Positions 22,575-33,319 of a DNA stretch of 64,000 nt are shown here, one piece after another (positions within the stretch are counted from its first letter, which is position 1; each line of letters opens with the position of its first letter). Location of the stretch: assembly GCA_963700285.1 (NCBI GenBank), contig CAVOXA010000010.1, forward strand, positions 320,001-384,000, written 5' to 3'. Source of the DNA: an uncultured Chloroflexia bacterium. GTDB lineage: Bacteria; Chloroflexota; Anaerolineae; JAAYZQ01. The notes beneath the pieces are model-generated. The model did no database searches and had not been told where the DNA came from. It saw nothing but the letters and a program-made list of their open reading frames with translations. Position numbers and translations under genes: made by a program.

Positions 22575-23721
22575 CAGCCTCCAATCGCCTCCAGGATCTC
22601 ACCGGGGGTGTGAACCAGCCCCCGGTTCTTGGTGACCCGGACCACCGGGCACGTCCCGCGACCACCCGCTCGATTTCGCCGGCATACTTGCCGATGTTCA
22701 TCTCCACCGCCAGGATCGTCGAGCACTGTTCCGCCAGCGCGCCGGATCTCCCGCTCGGGCACGGGCCAGACGGTGTCCAGCTTGAGCAAGCCGGCCCTGA
22801 TACCCTGGGCCCGGGCCTGCTCCACGGCCTCCAGCGCCGGCCGGCACTCGCTGCCATAGGCCATCAAGCCCATCTCGGCATCGTCGAGGATAGTAAGCTC
22901 TTCGGTCTGGACGATGTCGTCATAGTTGGCCGTGATCTTGCCCGTGATCCGCTGGTACAGGGCTTCAAAGACCTCGGGGATCCCAGTGGATGCTGCCCTC
23001 CTCGTCGTGGGGGTTGAGCGAGTGCAGAATGCGATAGCCGTCGCCAAAATCGGGCAGGGGCGGCACGCCGTTGGGGCCGCCCTGGAAGGGCAGGAACTCT
23101 TCGGGCGGTACCTGGGTCTCGCCCGGTTGACGATTTCGATCTCCTCCGGCTCGGGGATCACCAGCTTCTCGCGCATCAGGGCGATGGTCGTCTCTGACAT
23201 TACGACCACGGGCGTCCGATACCTCTCGGCCAGGTTGAAGGCCCGGATGGTGAAGTCAAACAGCTCCTGGACCGACGAGGGGGCCAGGACGATCATCTCG
23301 TGGTCGCCGCTGGCCCCCCAGCGCATCTGCATCACGTCCGCCTGGGTGGCAAAGTTCTCACCACGACAGCGCTGCACATCGACGATGACGCATGGGATCT
23401 CGGAAGCGATGGCGTAGCCGATCCCTTCCTGCATATAGTTATAGCCGGCACTGGCGGTGGCCGTCATGGCCTTGGCCCCGGCCAGCGAGGCCCCGGTCAG
23501 GGCATAGATGGAGCACAGCTCATCCTCACTCTGCAGGAACTTGCCGCCCACCCGGGGCAGCCGCGGCCGCCATACGCTCCGAAATCTCGTTGGCGGGCGT
23601 GATGGGATAGCCGGCGTAAAAGTCGCACCCAGCAGCCAGCGCGCCTTCGACGACGGCATAGTTGCCCAGCATAAAGTGGGTGCCCGTCAGCACGCGCTTG
23701 CGATCCGTCTGAACTGTGCAT
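22574..23721 (-). CDS. 2-oxoacid:ferredoxin oxidoreductase alpha subunit; several frameshifts
   Basis: [19 protein letters not shown] (shifted frames), [37 protein letters not shown]. Confidence 0.88.
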
Positions 23722-23731
23722 CAACTGCTCC

Positions 23732-24920
23732 TCACATTCTAGTCTTGTGATGAATGTCTCCATGCGATCGAAGGCTTCGACGATGTTGTCCATCGAGGTG
23801 GAATAGCACAGCCGCAGGGACGCCTTCTCCGCAGTGCGCCAAAGGCCGAGCCCGGCACCGTGGCCACGTGGGCCTCTTCCAGCAGCCTGTGGTCGCAAAC
23901 TCCAGCGACGGCATGTCCAGCCTGTAGGAGGGGAAGCGTATAGAACGCCCCCTGGGGCGGGACGCAGTCAAAGAACTCGGAGCGAGCCAGGATCAGGTCC
24001 AGGTCAGGTCGCACCGCTCCTTGTAGCCGGCCATCATCTGCTGCAGACGCAGCCCGGGACTCTGCGCTGGTCAGGGCTTCAAGTGCCCCGGCCTGGGCAA
24101 AGGCGGTGACACAGGTAGCCGAGTGCTGGTAGATCTTGACCATGCCATCCAGGATCTCGCTGGGGCCGGTGACATAGCCCAGCCGCCAGCCGGTCATGGC
24201 ATAGCTCTTGGAAAAGCTGTTGACGGTGACCACGTTGTCATACTCAGAGGCCGGGCTGTAGTGCTCGCCTTCGTAGACCAGGTACTCGTAGACCTCGTCG
24301 GACAGCAGCAGGGCGCCATGGCGCTCGGGCGATCTCGGCGATGCCCGCAGGCTGTCGCCGAATCATAGACCGCGCCGGTGGGATTGTTGGGCGAGCTGAT
24401 GACGATGATACTTGACCGAGCCGTCCATCGCAGCCTCACATGTCGTCCAGGTCGGGCTGGAACCCGCTGGCTGGCGCTGACAATCGACAGTCACCAACTC
24501 AGCGCCGGCCAGTTGAGCCATCGACTTGTAGGACACCCAGGCCGGCTCCAGGACCATCACCCGGTCGCCCGGTTCGAGCATGGCCTGGAAGGCCAGATAG
24601 ATGGCGAACTTGCCGCCGGGCGTGACAATGATGTCCTCCGGCGCCGGCGATTTATGCCATTCTCCCGTTGGAGCTTTTGCGCGATGGCCTCGCGCAGTTC
24701 GTAGGTCGCCAGTGGTGGGCTCATACTTGGTCTTGCCAGCCTGCATCGCCTCGCTCGGCGGCATCCTGGATGTTCTGGGGGGTGTCAAAGCAAGGCTCGC
24801 CCCGCCCAGGGAAATGATGTCGTCGATCCCGGCCCGGCGCATGCGCTTGACAATGTTGTCAACTTCGTCCGTAGCCGAGAGTTCCAGGTTGGCGACCTTG
24901 TCCGCTACTTTGTAACCCAT
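23732..24920 (-). CDS. PLP-dependent aminotransferase class I/II (aspartate aminotransferase-like); many frameshifts, 3' end approximate
   Basis: VTPGGK, PAWVSY, SSPNNPTG, SDEVY, SFSKSYAMTGWRLGY, PQGAFY, VPGSAFG spread over fragments. Confidence 0.85.
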
Positions 24921-25067
24921 GTCTTTCCTCCCTCCTAGCTATGGCTGCCGCACTGTTGCGCAAGACAGTACAACACGATTCTCCAGTGAAAACCAACACT
25001 CACCAACAGATTTCCTTCAGCCTCGCCCCACAAGTGATCCACAGTCCGCCTATTGAGAAACTCGATC

Positions 25068-25096
25068 CTGTCATCCTTCGACTGCGCTCAGGACAG
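25068..25096 (-). repeat. REP-like hairpin CTGTCCTGAGCGCAGTCGAAGGATGACAG just after the racemase stop
   Basis: Nested inverted repeats (CTGTC/GACAG, TCCT/AGGA). Resembles the CCTGAGCGCAGTCGAAGG extragenic repeat class. Single copy in this window. Confidence 0.5.
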
Positions 25097-25098
25097 AT

Positions 25099-25945
25099 CT
25101 ACCCGGCAGCCTTCACGTCAGTCAAAGGGACACGTTCCACTTTCACTTGTGGCAGATCCAGGAATCTGGCCGTGAAAGAACCAAAGTTGGCTTGGTCATC
25201 ACCTGTGATCAGAAACTGGTATCTGCCGGATCCCAGTACCTGTGATCTGAGCGCCCCGGCATCCCGAAGGATCTGGTGTGCTTCTCTGACCACCTCTTCG
25301 GCGGGGTCTACGACCGTGACGTCCTCGCCAGCTACTTGCTCGGCAATGTCTCGCACACAGGTCAGGTCGGTACAGCCCAGAATCAGGGTATCTATACCCA
25401 CGCTGGCCAAAGGCTCAAAATAGCCCTGGGCTAAGGACAAGAGATGGCGTCGATCGTCGATCTGACCTTTCTCCGCCAGGCGCAAGAGTTCGGGACAGGT
25501 TGCGCCAAATACCTCCATGTCCGGGTTGAGCCGCAGAATCTGTTGGTCATAGGCCTTGCTGTCGATCGTGATGGCCGTGCCCCACACCCCAATGCGGCTG
25601 CCTGGACTGGCGGCCAGGGCAGCGCGGACACCAGGGCCGATCATACCCAGCACGGGCAGATTGGGGAAGCGTTGCTGGGCAGCTTCTCGCCCGGCCACGC
25701 TGGCCGTATTACAGGCAATGATCACCAGCTTGACCCCTCGTTGTGCCAGATAGCCGGTGTTCTCTACTGCATAGTGCCGTACAGCTTCCAGCGGCTGGGG
25801 GCCATAGGGTTGTCGAGCCGTATCTCCCCAAAAAGAGCACGTCTTCGTACGGCAGCAAGCGGCGTACCTCTCGAAGAACCGCCAGTCCCCCTAGCCCCGA
25901 ATCAAAAACGCCGATTGGGGCATCTGAACCCACGTTGGCTGACAT
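25099..25945 (-). CDS. murI: Glutamate racemase family protein; frameshift near 25820
   Basis: PIGVFDSGLGGLAV, PYGP, IIACNTAS, LILGCTD, VDPA across ORFs 25709..25993 and 25099..25725. Confidence 0.85.
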
Positions 25946-26020
25946 GCCAGCTACCTCCTTGATCTCAACACAGAGCGGAACGTGTAAGGCCATTGTACAC
26001 CCAAAGCTCCGAACCGTAGA

Positions 26021-26034
26021 TATCCTATAGGCTA
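26021..26034. promoter_or_regulatory. Operator-like palindrome TATCCTATAGGCTA (copy 2, one mismatch)
   Basis: 13/14 match to copy 1, 6 bp downstream of the -10 box. Confidence 0.75.
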
Positions 26035-26040
26035 TTTTCT

Positions 26041-26069
26041 ATGATATCACAAAATACACAGGGTGTCAA
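26041..26069 (-). promoter_or_regulatory. Sigma70-type promoter P2 upstream of the racemase operon
   Basis: Minus strand TTGACA (26064-26069), 17-bp spacer, TATCAT (26041-26046). Confidence 0.75.
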
Positions 26070-26313
26070 GCCATCCCGCAGGTTTTTGATGTGTGATGTT
26101 GCGCAGAACCAAGACCAGATCAGTCACCAGCAGGGCAGAATGGTACGCGAACCTGCGGGAGGATCGCCCAGTCAAGGGATACTTTGCAGCAACCCTGTTC
26201 GAGCCAAGGGCCCGTGGCCTAGGCCCGGATCGCGGGCTCTCAGGGCATGCAGAATGGCACAGTGCTCAGGGATGAGCACCAGTACCTCTTCAGCGGCGTA
26301 TCCAAATCCATGG

Positions 26314-27325
26314 CTAAACACGCTCGGGCCGGCCACCGTCACGAGCCGAGCGGTAGAGCGCCTCGATTACCTTCATGCCAGCCCCAGCTTCCGCAGGTGG
26401 ATAGCGCACCGGCGTCCCCGAATGGACGCTGTCGCCAAAGTGCTCGACCATGAGTTGGTACTCGTCCACACCCGGGATCTTGTGCGCAATCGAATCCTGC
26501 CGGCCATGGTGCTCAAGGATCGTGGTGTCGCCGGTACCGGGCAGAAAAGCGGATTGGACGTCGAGGTGACCTTCCGGTCCCGCTACCTGATAGAACTCTC
26601 GCCGCTCGAGGGTCAGGCCACAACTGAACTGGGCCAGGAGCCCATTGGCGAAGCGCAGCGTGCCGGTCATCTCTTCGTCCACGCCCGTCTTGCCCCAGTT
26701 GGCGTAGGCCTGAACCTCTACCGGTTCGCCGGCGCCTGGAATGACCCCGGCTACGGTACGGATGATATTCACGCAGTAGCAGCCGACGTCCATCAGCGAG
26801 CCGCCGCCCAACTCGCGCACAAACCGGATATTCTCTGGATTCGTCAGGCGGAAGGTAAAGGCGGCATAGAATCAACCGGGGCTCACCGATGGCCCCACTC
26901 TGCACGAGTTCAAGCACCATCTCCGTCTGCGGGTGAAAGCGGTACATGAAGGCTTCCATAAAGACCACCCCGTGCTGCTGGGCAGCGGCCTCCATCTCCC
27001 GGCATTCGGCTGCGTCCAGGGCCAAGGGTTTTTCACAGAGGATATGCTTGCCCGCTTCAGCAGCCTTGATGGCCCATTCCCGATGCAGGCTGTTGGGCAG
27101 CGGGATATAGACCGCATCTATGTCGTCCGCAGCGAGCAATGCTTCATAGCTGCCGTAAGCTCGGGGAACCCCAAGCTTGTCTGCGAAGGTCCGTGCCTTC
27201 TCCTCGTCCCGGCTGGCAACTGCCACGAGTTCGCCATTCCTGGAATGTTGGATCGCCGGCAGCACAGCAGCGCGCCCGATATTCGCCGTACTGATTACAC
27301 CCCATCTCAATGCTTTTTCTGCCAC
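26314..27325 (-). CDS. Gfo/Idh/MocA family oxidoreductase; frameshift near 26865
   Basis: WGVISTANIG, YIPLPNSLH, LCEKP, EAFMYRFHP, GGGSLMDVGCY. Confidence 0.9.
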
Positions 27326-27358
27326 GGTTCCCCCTCTCTTGACATTCGAAATGAGAGA

Positions 27359-28195
27359 TCAGTCCGGATAGCTTGCCTGCCATGCGAGCCGCGTCTCGAA
27401 ATCCTCCACATAAAGTGTCACCTTTTCGGGACTGAACTCGAATTCGTAGCCCTCGGCGGCAATGGTGTCCGCCAGGGGGCCGGCATCAAAGCGAAGGCCG
27501 GTGAAGCGGTCGGGCGGCTGGGATGCCAGCCAGACAAAGGCCGTGCCTAATTCCGCCGGATCAGCCCAGGCCGCTTTTTGCTCCGCGGGCATGGCATCGA
27601 ACTGCTCCCAGGTCAGGTCGGTGGTCTTGATCGGCTTGCCCGGTCCTATGGTGTTGATAGCAATCCTTTGATCGGCAGATTCCAGGGCCAGCGCCTTCAC
27701 GAATCCCTCCTGTCCATGTTTTCCGGTACAGTAGGTCACCTCATCCTTGTAGCCCCGGACACTGGAGCCACTGGCAATGCCGATGATGTGCCCACCTCCT
27801 TGAGCTACCATGACATTCCAGGACGCCCGAGTGGCGTTAAAGATGCCGCCCAGGCTGATCTGTAGCTGGCGCCACCACAACTCGGGGGACGTCGCCTCGA
27901 AGCGGATCAGGGGCATGTACACAGCGTTCTGCACCACCACGTCCAGGCGCCCCCAGCGGGCTACCACCTGATCCACGGCCTCCTGGAAAGCCGTCAGGTC
28001 GCTCACATCCAGATGTAGGGCCATGACTTTAGATCCGTCGGCCCGCAGATCGGCTTCGGAGCGCGCCAATTCGTCGCTGATGTCGCTAACGCAGACTCTC
28101 GCCCCGGCGCGGCCCAGCGCCCGGGCGATGCCCCAACCAAAACCTCGTCCCGCGCCAGTGACCAGGGCCACTTTGTCTTCAAGTATCATGTTCAA
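27359..28195 (-). CDS. SDR family oxidoreductase with C-terminal extension
   Basis: TGAGRGFG, VQNA, IASGSS, YCTGK. Confidence 0.9.
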   Translation of the reverse strand: MNMILEDKVALVTGAGRGFGWGIARALGRAGARVCVSDISDELARSEADLRADGSKVMALHLDVSDLTAFQEAVDQVVARWGRLDVVVQNAVYMPLIRFEATSPELWWRQLQISLGGIFNATRASWNVMVAQGGGHIIGIASGSSVRGYKDEVTYCTGKHGQEGFVKALALESADQRIAINTIGPGKPIKTTDLTWEQFDAMPAEQKAAWADPAELGTAFVWLASQPPDRFTGLRFDAGPLADTIAAEGYEFEFSPEKVTLYVEDFETRLAWQASYPD

Positions 28196-28218
28196 AATCC
28201 TCTCTAGACTCTACCGTT

Positions 28219-29128
28219 TCATATGCGGGTCCAGCGCATCGCGCAGCCCGTCGCCCAGGAGGTTGATGGCCAGCACGGTGACCATGATCGCCAATCCGGG
28301 GAAGGTCGTGATCCACGGCGCGGCGCGCAGATAGTTGCGGCCACTCGCTCAGCATCAGCCCCCATTCTGGCGTGGGAGGCAGCGCCCCCAGACCCAAGGA
28401 AACTGAGGGCCGCGCCGGCGATGATGGCACCGGCTACGCCCAGGGTGGCCACCACGACGAGGGGACCCAGGATGTTGGGCAGAATATGGCGCGAAATGAT
28501 GCGCTGGGGGCGACAACCGATGCAGATGGCGGCCTCGACGAATACATCGGCCTTTGGTCTTCAGCACCATGCCCCGCGTCACCCGGGCATAGGTCGGAGC
28601 AGCCGAGATGCCCACCGCCACCATGGCATTGAACAGGCTGGGACCCAGTACGGCAATGATAACCAGCGCCAGCAGGATCCCTGGAAAGGCCAGGGTGATG
28701 TCCACCAGGCGCATGACGAGGGTGTCTGTGCGACCTCCGAAGAATCCGGATAGCAGCCCACTGGTCACACCCAGTAAGGCGGCAATGGTCACCGAGACGA
28801 TGCCCATCCGCAGCGAGATGCGGCTGCCATAGACGAGCCGGGTAAAGATATCCCGGCCAAACGAGTCCGTACCAAACCAGTACTGGGCGCTGGGAGGCTT
28901 CAGCCGCTCGGAGGCAACGATCTCGATGGGATCGTAGCGGGTGACATAGGGCGCAAAGAATGGCAGCCAGGATGAGCACGGACAGGATCACGGCTCCCGT
29001 CACCGAGCCGGGATTCCGGATCAGACGGCGAAAGGCGTCGGCCCAGAGGGAACGAGCCCTGCCCAGTTCCCCCTGCTGGCAGTGCTCAGGCGGCACCGTG
29101 TATCCCGGACGTGGTCGATCTCACTCAT
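28219..29128 (-). CDS. dppC: Peptide ABC transporter permease (DppC type); several frameshifts
   Basis: Fragments: [47 protein letters not shown]. Confidence 0.85.
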
Positions 29129-30053
29129 AGCGAATCCTCGGATCCAGGACCGCATAGGAAAGATCGACCAGGATGTTGGTGACCATCATAAAGATGGCTA
29201 TCATGAGCGTAAGTCCCTGCACCATGGTGATGTCCTTGTTCAAGATCGACTCGACGTACATCCTGCCCAGACCGACACGGGCAAAGATGGTCTCGGTCAG
29301 GACCGCGCCGCTCAGTAGCCCGCCGAACTGCAGGCCCAGCACGGTGATGGCCGGGATGAGCGCGTTGCGCAGGGCATGGCGGATGACCACCCCGCGTTCG
29401 CGCAGTCCCTTGGCCCGCGCGGTGCGGACATAGTCCTCGCTCATCACCTCCAACATGCTGCTGCGCACCAGGCGGGCGAGGGTGGCCGAACTGAGGAGGC
29501 CGAGCGCAAGAGCCGGCAGTATGAACCGGTCCAGGCCGCCCTGCCCCATTGGCGGGAACCACTGCAGTTGGACGGAGAAGAAGAAAATGAGCATCAGACC
29601 CAGCCAGAAGACCGGCATGGAGACGCCCACCAGGGCCATGCCCATGGAAAGGCTGTCCACCCAGGTGTTGTGCCTGAGGGCGGAGATGACCCCCAGGCTG
29701 ACGCCAAGTACGGTACTGATGAGCAAGGCGGTCAAGGCCAGTTCCAACGTGTAGGGCAGTGCGTCAAGGATCTGTTGCGTTACAGGCTGATTGTTGAAGA
29801 GGGAAGCTACCCAGGTCGCCACGTAGGACGCCCCCACATGTAGGACAAGTACTGGATGTGGAGAGGCCGGTCGAGCCCCATGTCGTGGCGCACCTGCTGC
29901 CAGGAGTTCCGGCGAGCTCTGCTTCTCTCCCAAAAAGATCTCGGCCGGATCTCCGGGGACCAGTTGGAGCATCAAGAAGACCAGCACCGTCACGGCGAGG
30001 ATGGTGGGGATGGTGACCAGCAGCCGCTGAGCCGCATAACGGGTCATTGTCAT
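29121..30053 (-). CDS. dppB: Peptide ABC transporter permease (DppB type); short locally shifted segment near 29800-29900
   Basis: VPGDPA, DYVRTARAKGL, HALRNALIP, LDPRIRY. Confidence 0.9.
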   Translation of the reverse strand: MTMTRYAAQRLLVTIPTILAVTVLVFLMLQLVPGDPAEIFLGEKQSSPELLAAGAPRHGARPASPHPVLVLHVGASYVATWVASLFNNQPVTQQILDALPYTLELALTALLISTVLGVSLGVISALRHNTWVDSLSMGMALVGVSMPVFWLGLMLIFFFSVQLQWFPPMGQGGLDRFILPALALGLLSSATLARLVRSSMLEVMSEDYVRTARAKGLRERGVVIRHALRNALIPAITVLGLQFGGLLSGAVLTETIFARVGLGRMYVESILNKDITMVQGLTLMIAIFMMVTNILVDLSYAVLDPRIRYE

Positions 30054-30233
30054 TGGAGTTCCGACCTCCTCTAAGGCCGTCCTAGCGGTCTGAGACAGAC
30101 CATAGCCCATCTGGAGAGTCGCTGCCGGCAAGACGAGCTTGGCTCAGTCAGAGCGGGGCAGGTGCGCCCACAGGAAAGGCAGTGGCGCAGCCTGCCGCAG
30201 AGAACCGTCAGGTGCGCCTGAGCACGCCTGCGA

Positions 30234-32048
30234 CTATTCAGTCAGCATGCTACCGTGCCGCACCAAAGTAGGGGAAGGCACCAGCCAGATAGTACATGAC
30301 GACGTTCTCGAGGCCGGTATCGTGGGCATAGAGCAGCACGGGGTCGAGCCAGGTCTCCATGTGCGCCTCCTCTTTGACCTTCTTGAGGACATCGCAGACG
30401 AGCTCGGCCCGCTTCTCCGGATCTGGCTCGGCAGCCTGAGCCTCGATCAGGGCGTCCATCTCCGGGTCGACATAGTTGTTGCGGTTCGTGCCGCCGTGGA
30501 TGTTGCTGCTGTGCAGCACACCGCGCAGCATCATGTCGGGATCGGTCGTCCACTCTGACCAGCTCTGGGTGTTGTGCTCGCCAGAGCGCACTGCGTCAAA
30601 GTAGCCGCTGCGAGCTCAGGCCGTGGAGCTCGACCTCGACGCCGATCTTGGCAAAGTTGTCCTTCAGGAACGCGGCCATCATTGCTCCAGCTCGCAGCAT
30701 CAGCCCGGTAGTAGTGGCCTACGACCAACTTCTGCGCCGTCCTTTTCGCGGATGCCATCGCCGTCCTCGTCCACCCAACCAGCTTCCTCCAGCACCTGAT
30801 TGGCTGCTTCCAGATCGTAGGGGGCGATGTCGCAGGTTTCGGCGCAGTACCCAAACACCGAGCTGGTGATGAGGGCACAGGACGGTCGCCGTATCCCGTT
30901 AAAGACGGTGTCGATCATACCCTGCTTGTCCATGGCCAACTGCATCGCCTTGCGGACGGCCAGTTCATCGGTGGGTGCGCGCTCGTGGTTGAACATCAAG
31001 GCGTCGCCCATACCAGCCTGGGGCATCTCGACGGCGGTGAAGGCGGGGTCAGCCTCCAGAGTCGGGAAATCAACCTCGCAGGACCTCGTCCAGGAAGTCG
31101 ATCTCACCGGTCAGTAGAGCCGCTGTGCGGGTCGCCGGTTCGGCGATGAACTTGTAGACGATCTTGTCGACCTTGGCCGGCCCGTCAAAGCCCAGCTCTG
31201 GCGGCCCCCAGTTGTAGTCGGGGTTGCGGACCATGACGACCTCGTTGTCGAGGATCATCGACTCAAACATGTAGGGACCGGTGCCCACAAACTTGTGCAT
31301 ACCCCAGGCGTAGCCGCCTGTCTCCACGGCCGTAGGCGAGACAGGGGTCAGATAAGGCCCGGAGACACTGTCCAGGAAGGGGGCGTAGGGTTTGGAGAAC
31401 TTGACAATGACCTCGTAGTCGTTGACGATCTCCGTCTCCAGGTACGGCCCGATCACGCTCAGGCCCATCTGGGACTTGTTGCGCGGGATCTACGATACGA
31501 TCGAAGGTGAATTTGACCGCTTCGGCATTGAAAGGCGTGCCGTCGTGGAAGGTGACATCGTCGCGCAGCTTGAAGGTGTATTCGGTCGCGTCCTCGTTGA
31601 CCGACCATTCGGTGGCCAGGCCGGGCACAAACACGCCCGGCTCGACCTGCCAGATCAAAGGATCGGTCATGTGTAGGGTCATGCGTCCCACACGGGTGAA
31701 GGTGGTGATGTTGGGATCGAGGATGTCAAAGCCGCTGGGCATGCCGATGACGACGGTAGTCTCGTCGGCTGCCTCGATTTCTGCGGCCTCGGGGGTGGCG
31801 GTGACGACCATCTCTACCTCGACGATCTCGGTCACCACCTTTTCCACCACCTTTTCCACTACCTGGGACGTGCCCTCGACGATGACCGTCTCCTGCACGA
31901 CCTGGGTGATGACCTTTTCAACCTCCTGGGTCACCACCTTCTCAACCTCAACCACCTCAGGTTCGGGCGCTGCGCCACAGCCAGCAAGAACCAAACTGCT
32001 CACGATCAACAACGCCAGAAGTGTCATCCAACTCTTTTTGCTGAACAT
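30234..32048 (-). CDS. ABC transporter substrate-binding lipoprotein, family 5; many frameshifts, 3' end approximate
   Basis: Lipobox VLAGC, V/E/T stalk, ILDPN, FHDGTPFNAEAV, GTGPY, RNPDYNWGP, AVRKAM over consecutive fragments. Confidence 0.88.
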
Positions 32049-32274
32049 TTTACCCTCTCCTCTTGGATTCTGATTCGTAATAGCCGACGACAGTTGACGG
32101 GCTTGACCAGAGCCCACCCTCGTGAAGCCGTGCGCCCTGGCAAGCAATGCCGATACCTCCCGACTCTTTTCTACCACCTCCCTCCCGAATAGGCCTGTTT
32201 CCAGCCAACACCTGGCAGTATGGCCCGGAGCCAAGATCACGTGAACTACTCGTTGTTGTTGAGTAGCCGCGCGA

Positions 32275-33282
32275 TCAAGCCACTACCTCGGCCTTGTCGG
32301 CGTCGAACAGGATGTAGGCATAGTTGCCCGGGTAATTCCACGATGGTACAGCCACAGCGGCGATCAACAACGTCCGCTCGAAAGGCGCTTCGAAGGTCTG
32401 GCGCTCCGTCAAGTCGTACATGTTCAGCAGCCTGCCGAGCACAGGCACCCCTGATACCGGCTGTCCATCGAACACCGTCCGGGGAGTAATGGCTGGATCG
32501 GGAATGATCAGGCCGCCCTCCCGCGGTTTGACAATGTGTGCGTTGTGTTGGTGGCCGCTGTCGCCCCGGACCACGACTTGCCTGGGCGGCGGTTGTACCT
32601 CGCCCGGCAACATGCCCAGGTAACGCATGACGTTGAACACACCACGCACCCCTCTTTCTACCCACTCGTTGTAAAGCTGTCCCTGGCCGCCACAGAGGGC
32701 GACGATGACCTTGGCCCCCAGGCGTTCCGACTGGCGCCACATCTGTCCGGGCCGCCACTCGTCAAAGAGCAAGATGGGCATGTTGAAGGCGCGGGCCATG
32801 CCGGTGGAAACCGGATCTTTGGTGAATTCGACCATGTGAACGGAATGGTGGTCGGCCCCGTCGTGGAGGTCGATCTGATAGTCCAGATGAGACAGAAACT
32901 CGCTGGTCAGCACGTCGGCGATCTGTTCGGTAATGGTTTTTACCGGCTGGGTATACTTGCTTTTTCCCGGCTCAAAGAACACGGCATTGGCGTTCTGGCC
33001 GTCGCCTGGTGTCTCGCGCGACATCTGGCCAGCCCCCAGGGGGTTGCAGACGGGCACAGCCATGATGGTACCCGACAATTCCTCGGGGTCCACCAACTCA
33101 AGCACCCTGCGGATGATGCTCACCGGCGACGTCACTTCGTCCCCGTGTATGGCTCCACTCAAGCCCAGGGTCGGGCCGGGCTTGGCGCCCTTGACCACGT
33201 GCAGGGGCAGGCGGAAATCCGAGCCGGTGGGCATCGTCGTTACCGGCAGCCAGGTGAAAGTCGATTTCAGTTTCAAGTCCAT
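32275..33282 (-). CDS. Succinylglutamate desuccinylase/aspartoacylase (M14, AstE/AspA) family protein, copy B, catalytic Glu replaced by Leu
   Basis: GAIHGDE, VPVCNP, IDLHDG, IVALCGG. Confidence 0.88.
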   Translation of the reverse strand: MDLKLKSTFTWLPVTTMPTGSDFRLPLHVVKGAKPGPTLGLSGAIHGDEVTSPVSIIRRVLELVDPEELSGTIMAVPVCNPLGAGQMSRETPGDGQNANAVFFEPGKSKYTQPVKTITEQIADVLTSEFLSHLDYQIDLHDGADHHSVHMVEFTKDPVSTGMARAFNMPILLFDEWRPGQMWRQSERLGAKVIVALCGGQGQLYNEWVERGVRGVFNVMRYLGMLPGEVQPPPRQVVVRGDSGHQHNAHIVKPREGGLIIPDPAITPRTVFDGQPVSGVPVLGRLLNMYDLTERQTFEAPFERTLLIAAVAVPSWNYPGNYAYILFDADKAEVVA

Positions 33283-33319
33283 AGTTCCCCCCACAGGCAC
33301 AAGCTACAGGCCGCGCCCG

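Noticed and set aside
24950-25005. Possible internal promoter and palindrome upstream of the aminotransferase
   Set aside because: -35/-10 spacing and matches are poor, and the shared operator is absent.
19920-32048. Calling the fragmented genes pseudogenes or programmed frameshifts
   Set aside because: Motifs are intact on both sides of each break, the indels cluster regionally, and no slippery-site plus structure pattern is evident. Sequencing error is more parsimonious.
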